Shown in pieces: positions 54,440 to 64,000 of a DNA stretch of 64,000 bases; the first letter of the stretch is position 1; the number at the start of each line of letters is the position of its first letter. The translations under genes were made by a program, and so were the position numbers. The stretch is from Trichoplax adhaerens. Its lineage: Eukaryota; Animalia; Placozoa. A model generated the notes under the pieces. The model had not been told where the DNA came from and did no database searches. It saw nothing but the letters and a program-made list of their open reading frames with translations. Where the stretch lies: positions 2,937,172 through 3,001,171 of the forward strand of contig NW_002060945.1 of the NCBI RefSeq assembly GCF_000150275.1, in the 5' to 3' direction.

Positions 54440-56083
54440 TTACCAGTTTTGAATTTTATGTGGTAACTGTTGATTCATATATTCCGTAACTGGGGTACTG
54501 AAAGCTGCGTTTTTACGAAATGTTGCATTTGTGCCAGTGGATTGCGATTCACCCTATATAGAATTTGAATCATTAATCATTGCTTTATTCGCTTTGACTT
54601 AGCCTACTCTACAACATTTGTTGACGAATAAACATACATGAATAATTCCTCGATTAGTAGTCCAGAATGAAACCGGCTCTTCTCCATACACAGCATGAGG
54701 CTAAAAGACATTGATTTTATAACGTTAGCCAAAAACATATTTGGTTATAATGTATTCTGTACTAATTGATTGTTTACCTGGGTTTCTTTTCGCTGAACTG
54801 GCACAAAGTCTGCGAGTAGAAATTTTTCATTTGAAAGAAACGGACGCATTAAATTACAGATATTAAACAATAACTACACTGTTTGTACTATGTCTAAAGT
54901 AAAATCACGGTAGGAATATAGTAAGTATTACAATTTAAGAAAATAAATTAAAACCTTTATGATAGTGGGCTTTGAATGATGTTGTATAATCAGGGGGTGA
55001 TGGAGGTCTATTGAAATCTTCATAAACTTCTTTACTGGAAATAAGATTATCATAGTATCTTAGTTGCAAGCCAAAGTATTATCGACAATTAATGCTATCT
55101 AAGTATATGATATCGAATCTAAATCTAATATCCTTCAAGATCAACTAAATTGCCAATAATATAAAGGACTAATTTCGATTACCTAAATTTTTCATAAAGC
55201 TCTCTCTGTTCGGCCTCTAATTTGCGACCTATAAGGTGATATAAGCGAAAAATGATATAAAATAAACTTTCCATATGGATCTATTAGATAATTGCTTCAA
55301 AAATTGGAATATATTTCATACAGGAATCACTTACCGACTTGTCTGGTTTTAGTTATCTTAGGTTCAGCATAAGAGTCCTTAATAGTAGTTTTACATGCAA
55401 TAGGTTGATCGTGAGTAGTAGTAATTAATCCCTGTCAAGACCGAAAATTAAATTTCACAATTAAAACAGTGTCAAGATATCGTTTTTTACCCAGTAGAAG
55501 TTAGTTATTGCAATCGTTTACTAAAATAATCATATGTCATCATTTTTAAAATTAATTCTTAAAAACTGTTAACATAATTATATTGCTTTGAATTAACCAA
55601 GCCATCATCGCGTACCTGATGTCCGCTTCGTAAAACCTTCTTCATATCGTTATTGCTATCATAATCGGACACTGCCCTCTTTTTAAGAAGTGGATAAACA
55701 ATTTCATCATGAAATGCCCAAAATGATTACACGTATAAATGATATATCAACGAACATACAGACATAGGAATCTAACACAGTACAGTAATTACTGTGACTT
55801 ATATATATTAAAAGTAATACGTATACTATACTTGTAGCAAGCTGATCAGATGTAAAAATTTAATGCAAGACTTAATTGTCTACGATATTCTGTTATGGTA
55901 AACTATACTTTCAATTCCCAGGCGTGAGTAGTTTAAGTTTAATGGATTAAAACTATCAAAATTCGATATATATCAATATTAAAGATAATCATTTATCTTT
56001 TTTCTTACCTCTTCTACCCAGTTTTTGATTAAGGTTTTCCCCATTTTCGCTTTACCATTCTGCGTACTCGTCTCTTCTGCCAT
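54440..56083 (-). CDS. SPAG8: SPAG8-like ciliary microtubule inner protein; 8 short exons
   Basis: GKTLIKNWVEER...RSGHQGLIT...TTIKDSY...EEPVSFW...FRKNAAFSTPV, matching the recalled SPAG8 C-terminal motifs (NWEEER, GHRGLL, TTQKDSY, FRKNCSFSTPV). Confidence 0.8.
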
Positions 56084-58046
56084 ATTGATGCTTTATGGTT
56101 GTATGTAAATGGATAGTCTTTAGTAAAGTCGTCAATACTTTCTAAATAGCAAGAGTTTGCTATAGACTTTATTGTATGACTAGAATTCAATTAAAAGTGA
56201 CAGTCTCTTGGAGTTGTACCAAGTAGTAAGTTGTAGGCAACACCCGATATGTTATAATTGTAGAATTCTATAGTATAATATACGCGTAATTATGAAAGAT
56301 CAGCTAGATGATTTTTGCGACGATGTCTTAGGATGGGTTGTAAATCGTAGCAGAGTAAGGCAAATATGTCGTTTAGATTTCCAATCAAGTAACTCGAATA
56401 GAATAATACGTGAAATATAGTGCACTAGGCAATGATGTTCTCGAAATGGAAATTATGAATTAATTGTTATGTGTATGATCGAAGAGCTCTTGACTCGTCA
56501 ATAATAAAGTAGTAGAGTGGACTAGAATAGGTATGTATTCGATGAGAGGCAACTTCTCTTGTGAGTGTAGTGACTCGATTTCAATTAGGAATACCCTGCT
56601 AGTATATAACTTTCACTACTAGTCCATGTCGGTTCTCCCATCGATTTTACCTTCAACGCCAAAATAATATGATCGTTTCCATAGAAACGTACTTCCCGAT
56701 GACCTTGCGCACAAAGTCTCGAACAGCTATGACAGCTAGATGCTGTAGCGTATTCGAAAACAATAGTGTACTACTGTACAGTATGTACTGCATACTACGC
56801 ATTGCGGTAGTGGATCCGTTGCACTCTTACTACCATACATATCATTTCTTCTTGCTCAGAGTTGGAAGCATCGAGTAGGATCGTAGGATAAGTTAGTGGC
56901 GACTGTATTATTCGTCATGAAAAAAACACTTCAATCCGATTTCTTCATTAATAAATATAAACATTGATAATCTAGTATGTAGCGCAATTTAATATAAGTG
57001 CGTATCGAGTCTCTCTACTACAGTGTATTCAGGATTGCCAAATGTGTTCAATTGAAATTGACTATCTGTTCCGGTTATCATTTGATCGTATCATACAGTA
57101 TATATCTATAACATACAGTACATGAATACGAATGTTTGCTGGCATGTGAACACTGCGTAGGTACTCGTCGGGAATGTACATGTCGACGTTGAGACATCTT
57201 TGATTTTCCCTACATTTTCTGGATTTTATTTTTTTTTGGCTAATATTACGATTCCATCTGACAAAATGCTCATGATGAAATGTATCGTGCACTGTGCAGT
57301 TATACTGTACCAGCCAGTCCAATAGAAAATGTATTTACAGTATGCGTCAGGGACTCCTCCCCAGGAATGTCCCTTATGTCCCCTGGAAACTTGAACAAAC
57401 AATGCGTGACTGATGCGTGACATGTGACATAACTTTGTCACTCACTTAGTGGAACCTACTTGTACCCAAATGTGACCCGTCGTAGGTGCTACATCTGCGC
57501 AGCTTCATCGTCAGTCACTGATTGTACTGGACAAAGCGCAACAAAAATGATTGGACAACACAGTCAATTGTATAAAGATAATAAAGAGTGGAAGTCATCC
57601 AAGTGGACGACACACGTACTGCGTCTTCTCGTTCTTTCTATTTATAACTAGGCTACAGTGTTACTGTACTGGACAGTGAAAAAAATAATTTCAGTGAGCA
57701 ATATTGACGGTCTACGCCATTGAAATTTTCTGCCATTAGATTTTCATTTTGAATTCTTTTACCACTTTATTGACTACACTCAATTCCAATTCTACCTCTA
57801 CTCTACAACGTGTATAAAACTAGTGTGTCCAGCATTGAAAAAAGTGGATCCAGAAGAAGACCGTTGAGCAAGATTGCATTCTATTTTGAGGCTAGTTTCT
57901 GAACATTTTCAATGTAGTCAAGCCTATGGTACAAAGACTGGTGTAGTAGCTGTCACAATCCAAAGGAACGTATACTATTTCTATCTTGGGATAGAAATTA
58001 AATAATTTCTTTCTCATCGATTTAAAGTTCATAGAGTGGCAGAAAA

Positions 58047-61000
58047 ATGAAACTGTTCCATTTAATAAATGTCTATATAATTTGGGCAATGATCACCCAG
58101 TCATCAATGAGCAATCAAATACTGGTACATCACAACAGCCCAAATTCTACCTTATCCTCCTTGCTTATAGAATTGCCAAAACATCGACCAGAAGCGGTAT
58201 GTTAGTATACAATTGAAGACCGTAATTCTCTTTCATCTTGATTTTATTATTTTTAAAGAAAAAAAAATTATGAATCATTCATGGTAAATAATAATATAGT
58301 TCACTTTATCAACTAGATCATGCTCGACCAGTCTATTATCTTACAATAAATAAAGTCAATAACTAATGTGATACTAAATTAATCGTATCAAGTGATATTG
58401 ATATGCATTTTATCAGTCTATTTCATATTAGCATCTTCTTCTTTCTCAAGGTCGATTCCTATGTATGTACCTCAAAAAGGGTCTCTGACTATACCGGCTA
58501 TATAGGTACTGTGCTGTTGGTTGAATTAATTAATTATATACGCCTCAGATTGCTAGCTAATAAACCATTTGATACGACCGATTCCACAGTCTGAGAGTCA
58601 ATTCTATAGAATTAGTAACAGTGATGGCCCTAAATATTTTATCCGAGCTTTATTGGCTGCTTTATCGAATGTATTCTTACACGAAGGATTCAAAACTAGA
58701 GCACTATACAGTTCTAACATGAAATATATACTGGTCACACATTTTCGATAACATTAGCTATATCATTAGCCCCTTGGTTTTACACCCTAGGTCAATTGAA
58801 TTAATGCCATTACCATTAGTCTACTGTACAGTACAGCGAGTATGGTATTAGTTTCGATATCTTTTACATTTAGCTCGGAAAGTATATGATATAAGTGTAT
58901 CATGCACTGTAGTTACCAGTTTTCTCACTAGGAAAAGAGAAATGTTGCTAAACAGAACTAGTAATTCTCGATCAGCAGTGGTAGGCTAGCGATGAAATCC
59001 AGATCTGTCATGTTAGGTGCTATATCCAAACTGGAAGGATTCAGCAATTTTCTCGCTAAAATGAATCCTCAATTTCTTACTTTAATCATTGCCTTCTACT
59101 TCCATTTCATAGTGGGTTTTAATCCTAATGAAGACGCAAGAAAAAATGCCCATCATGTGCTCATAATGGGCTGTTCAGGAATGGATACTAAGCTTACTTA
59201 CACGTAAGGATTATTGATAAATAGGATGCAAAGCAGCGCTAACCTACGAGTATTACATGTACTGTACTGTATGTAGATCGAAATTTATTGAATAGAAAAA
59301 GTACGATACAAGAAAGAATTCACGGAACTATATATTTACATTTAACCTTTTCCTTTCTGTTTTATGTTATCCTAGCATATCGTATTCATGCTGATCTGTT
59401 TAATTTTAAAATAATTAATACATTTATGAAATTTTCGATAGTAAAATTTTAATTCCATTGCGTAAATCGTACTACTATTAAATGTAGTTAACGTTGATGT
59501 TCACTTGCATCTAGTGACTAAGGAAAAATCTCAATATATCTAGATATATGTGTAGGAATATCAATTGCCTTTCGATTCATTCATTCACTTCGTGAACTAA
59601 ACTTAAATATCCTTTCAGTCTATTTTATATACAGTATTTCTATTCCAACGATTTCGAAGCATTTGTTACATCCATCGTTGTACCAGTGCTACGTTATGCT
59701 ATCCATTCTACTTTACTATTTATTGACTTTATTATAATCGCTAATGTCACCCATTAATAGCAGCTTGGATATTGAAGGGTTTTTTGATTAGCAACAAGAA
59801 AAGCAATAAGCGGTATCGAAGGGAAATACATTAATCGTATATATCTTTTTCCTCTTCTGATCTTACTTAGAAAATGTATGATGAACACACATTGTACAGG
59901 TAGATCAATTATTGTCTATGCTTGGGCTAAAAGTGCACCTGCCTTGAAACTACCTAAAGGTAAATATTATTAGCAATCTACGACTACTATTTAGAGTAGG
60001 GATTTTGTTACAGTAGGCATATACTGTATTCTAATTCGTGTATTTTATTTATATTACAATTTTTATTTCCAAACTTTTGAATACCGTCAGCAAATTTAGT
60101 ATTACGTTAATTATTCGGTATATTTTTGTATTATCTACACTCACATTGTAACTGCAGTTTATATTAGTATAAACTAAAGCTAGTTATCTTTAAACCGGAA
60201 CTTTATAATGATAATATCACCATAATTATCTGCTATACTTCGTTGAACTACGCACTGTTAGATAAGTGTTCATTACATTATTTTATTTACTTCAATACCT
60301 TATTTAAGTACGCATTATTATCTACTTACCAGTATTTCTACAATCATCTAATTTGATATTTAAATTATTAAAGTAGATTACAATATTATAGTTGGACTAT
60401 AGCACCATTAATTTTTCTCTATCATGATATTTCCTTTTAATGGACATTATGAAAATAATATTTTATGACTTTATTATTAAAATTTTATATATATAAGAAG
60501 TATCTCAAGGAGAACATTATGTTCGCTTTCTATTAAGTAGTTCATTTATATTGTTGTAGATGTCGGATTCAAAATTGGACGCGGAACAGACATAAAGTAT
60601 CTAGTCCTACAAGTCCACTACGGACCTAACATCAAGAGCAAACTAGGATTACGTGAGTATAAATCAGCATTGAATACATCATAAGAATTATTTACTTTTA
60701 ATGTAGTAATTCTCATTAGTTATTGGTAGATTTCCTTGTAACTCTTTCTGTCATATGGCATAAGTACCATTGTCTCAATAATTATATTAATTATGCAAAC
60801 GATACTACTGTACATAAACGATAGAATATGATGCAATAAATACTGTACTATTATTATTTTAGCCAATTTCATCGATAGTTCCGGAGTTACACTTCAACTT
60901 TCTACGAAAAGGTAATACTAGACTAACTCTGCTACATCTGTGAGAAGGCGTCCATTTAAATTAAATTAAAAAAATTTTGACTTTATGCATACATTATATT

Positions 61001-64000
61001 CATTTTCAGTCAAAGATATTCAGCTGGGATGTATGATTTTGCATCGAATTACTTCGTTATACGTCCACATTCTACTGGTACCGTAATAAACTAATAATTT
61101 CTTTTAGTTCAATTAAAATTCTATGTATTCTAATGTAACAATTCATATTACTTTCTATAAATCAAGCGAAGGATGATTTAGCTTGTCGCTATAATCAACC
61201 ATATGAACTCCACCCGTTTGCTTTTCGTGTTCATGCACACCAAATAGGTAGTTCTGCGGCTATACTATTATTTGTTTTGATTCATCAGTTTTGAGATTAC
61301 TTGAGTGCAAATATGATATTCTTATGTTAGGCGTCCTGATTAGTGGCTATATAGTAAGAGATGGAAAATGGATACTGATTGGTGAATCAGATCCACGCAA
61401 ACCAAATGCATTTTTCCCAATCCAAAAAGAAATTACAATCAAAAAGGATGACCTATTGGTATGACTTCATGTGACAAAATATCAATTTACTTTATTTATC
61501 CCAATGCTTACTATAATAATTTTACCCTAACTGCTATATCTGATACCATAGTTTGTTCGCTGCGTATTCAAATCAAACAGAGATAGACCTACCTACTTGG
61601 GGTAATAGAGTTTGATCTGTCTAATGCATAATTATGCATTTAAAAGTATTACAACATTCGTATAAACTAATAATTCTTACTTTGTATGCACCATATTAGA
61701 AGCCGCCATAGCGACGAAATGTGCAATTATTATATAATGTATTACACTAATCATCGTGAAGCAATTCCTTATCACCAATGTGAAAAACAAGCTAGTACAC
61801 ATTTGTCACTTCTAGCACCAAAAAAAACTGTGACCCAAGACACAAATGGTATAGTAAGTCACAAGGAACAACAATCATATCAAAATCCTTCAGATACGGC
61901 TCATCAGCAATCAGACGACGACAACGATTTGGAAGAATTAGATATGGAAAGGAATCAAGTAGACACTCCTTTGGGAAATGCTGAAAGTATTGTACGCGAG
62001 GACACGTCGAATTCTGCTTTATCTACTCTAAAATTAGTGCCTAACTGGCCAGCTCAATTCTTCCTAACTGGTGATATTGGAGGTGTGGCGGTCTCGAAAA
62101 CAGGAAATGTCTTCATTTTCCATCGTGGCGATCGCCATTGGGAAAGAAAGTAAGGCAATGATTGACTTCGTATGCTACAGTTGATTTAAATTCCTTTACT
62201 TCTTATCAGCGTTAGGAACAGAATTAAGATATTATTGTGAATACTTAGTACATACTAAAATTGTCAACATTAGGTCAAAATACCCTAAAAATTATATAAA
62301 ATAAAACTTCTCATACAGTATTGGATTGCATTAAAAAATGCAGTATAAGGAGATGGTGTCTATTAGAAAATATAAATGGATATTAGAATATAAAGATATA
62401 CGTCATATATATGTATCACATAAGATATTAAAATTGCTCTTTTTGATATATTTACAGTACATTCGATAGCAATTTCAGATTCCAGTTTCGTGGACCGCCT
62501 ATTGCTACGGATACAATTATGGAATTAGATCCAGATACTGGAGACGTAGTTCGAAAATTTGGAAAGAACCTGTTAGTCAACATTAATAATTATAATTAAT
62601 AACCGTTATCATGTTGGCTTATTAATTAATCTTTACTGTAAAATATTCATGAAACCTGACTTCACATTGATATTTGTCTCTGTATAATTAATCTTTAATT
62701 TAATTCTTTTTAACCTAATAAACGCTACAGCTTCTATTTACCCCATGGTATCGCAGTCGATGATAAAAATAATGTTTGGGTTACCGATTCTGCGCTACAT
62801 CAGGTAAGTAATTTAATTTTTCTATTATAAATATTTGGAACGCCATCAATTTACTAGGTTGATGAAAAATGTTCTATTCGATGCTATGATAGGTTTATAA
62901 ATTTAAAGCAAATAGCAAGCGACCGTCAATGGTATTAGGAGTTAAATTTAAACCTGGGAATGATACAAAGCATTTTTGCCAACCTAGTGGTATTGCTGTA
63001 TCTAAAAAAACTGGAATTATTTACGTAGCAGATGGGTATGTATGTGCCCGTTAAACTATCAGAAAATATTTATTTCTAAATAATTGTAACTGAGTCTGTA
63101 TGTAAATATTTGCAACTAATTGATCGATTCTTTCAATATTCAACGGCTGAGCAGGTATTGCAATAGTCGAATTGTACGATTTCGCCCAGATGGTAGCTAC
63201 CTAGATGAATTCACGCCAATTGGTAATTCACTTTACTTTCTTTCTTGTACTAAACACCTATACTTATATCTTTATATTGAAGTAAAACTTTGCTTTTTCT
63301 ACGTTATATACAGCTTATCACTTTATGAAAAATAGAAAGCAAATTATACACAGCGTAACAATTGACGATGAAAATGATAAACTGTACGTTGTTGACAAAC
63401 GCAACGATATTATTTTCCATATTGATATGAAACATTTGCACTTTATTCCATTTGGCAAAAATAATCGGCTAAAAGTTGTTTCAGCTAAATTTAATCCGGC
63501 ATTTGGTAAGTTGTTATACTGTACTATTGAAAAATTTAGTAACCAATTGAAACCTATATTTCATACCTCTTCTGAACTAATTATTAATGTACATGATCCA
63601 TAGGCGGTGTCTTGTACGCGGTTAGCAAAGAGGGAGATGGAGATAAGCAAATTTCACGTGGCTATACTCTTGATGCTAGTACTGGTAGTGTTATGCAATC
63701 ATGGCAACCCAATCACGAAGTAAGAAGCAGGCAGCATTTGAAACATGCTACTTATACACTCAGCTAACACATCATTGTCATTTTTATAACTGGAACTTTT
63801 TCTAATAGTATTTCGATGATCCCCATGACATCGCTGTCTCACCTGATAATTCAGCGGTCTATGTTGTGGAATTGAAGGGTGGAAGAATACTAAAATTTAT
63901 GTACAATACCCATAACTCTGTCCACAAGCCAACCATGCATGGTAAATAACTTACTCCGTTTTACTCTTATATAGTTTGTATAGCATCAACTAAATCAAAT
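58047..64000 (+). CDS. PAM: Bifunctional peptidylglycine alpha-amidating monooxygenase (PHM + PAL), 3' truncated by the window
   Basis: Signal-like MKLFHLINVYIIWAMI; PHM Cu ligands AHHVL, LQVHY, FRVHAH, DEMCNYY; YAWAKSAP; PAL NHL repeats FHRGDR, FYLPHGI, FCQPSGIAV, VADGYCNSRI, IHSV, PHDIAV; last visible donor ~63942. Confidence 0.95.

Overview
Eukaryotic, strongly AT-rich, gene-dense animal DNA with many short GT-AG introns. The style is most consistent with a placozoan such as Trichoplax (inference from composition and gene architecture only). By manual exon chaining I support 12 spliced genes, in order: TSPO-like(+), TSPO-like(-), JIP1/2-like SH3+PTB adaptor(+), MRPL23(+), AEBP2/jing(-), SWSAP1-like(+), ATP5PB(-), TUBGCP2(+), TMTC2(-), NADSYN1(+), SPAG8-like(-) and bifunctional PAM(+, runs off the window end). 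Main non-genic signals: (1) islands of the palindromic word TACTGTACAGTA/GTAC that are densest at gene 5' ends and in head-to-head intervals; (2) a 9-unit, ~1.7 kb composite tandem array (23.9-25.6 kb) of constant, hairpin-capable cores separated by variable GTAC-word spacers, with a 370-bp higher-order dimer. Other oddities: a U12-type AT-AG intron in TUBGCP2, a required GC-AG intron in NADSYN1, a TAATG stop/start-overlapping uORF on TMTC2, and a PAL domain with Lys at the catalytic Arg position. No rRNA, tRNA, CRISPR or recognisable transposon ORF was seen. Family assignments rest on recalled motifs, not database searches.
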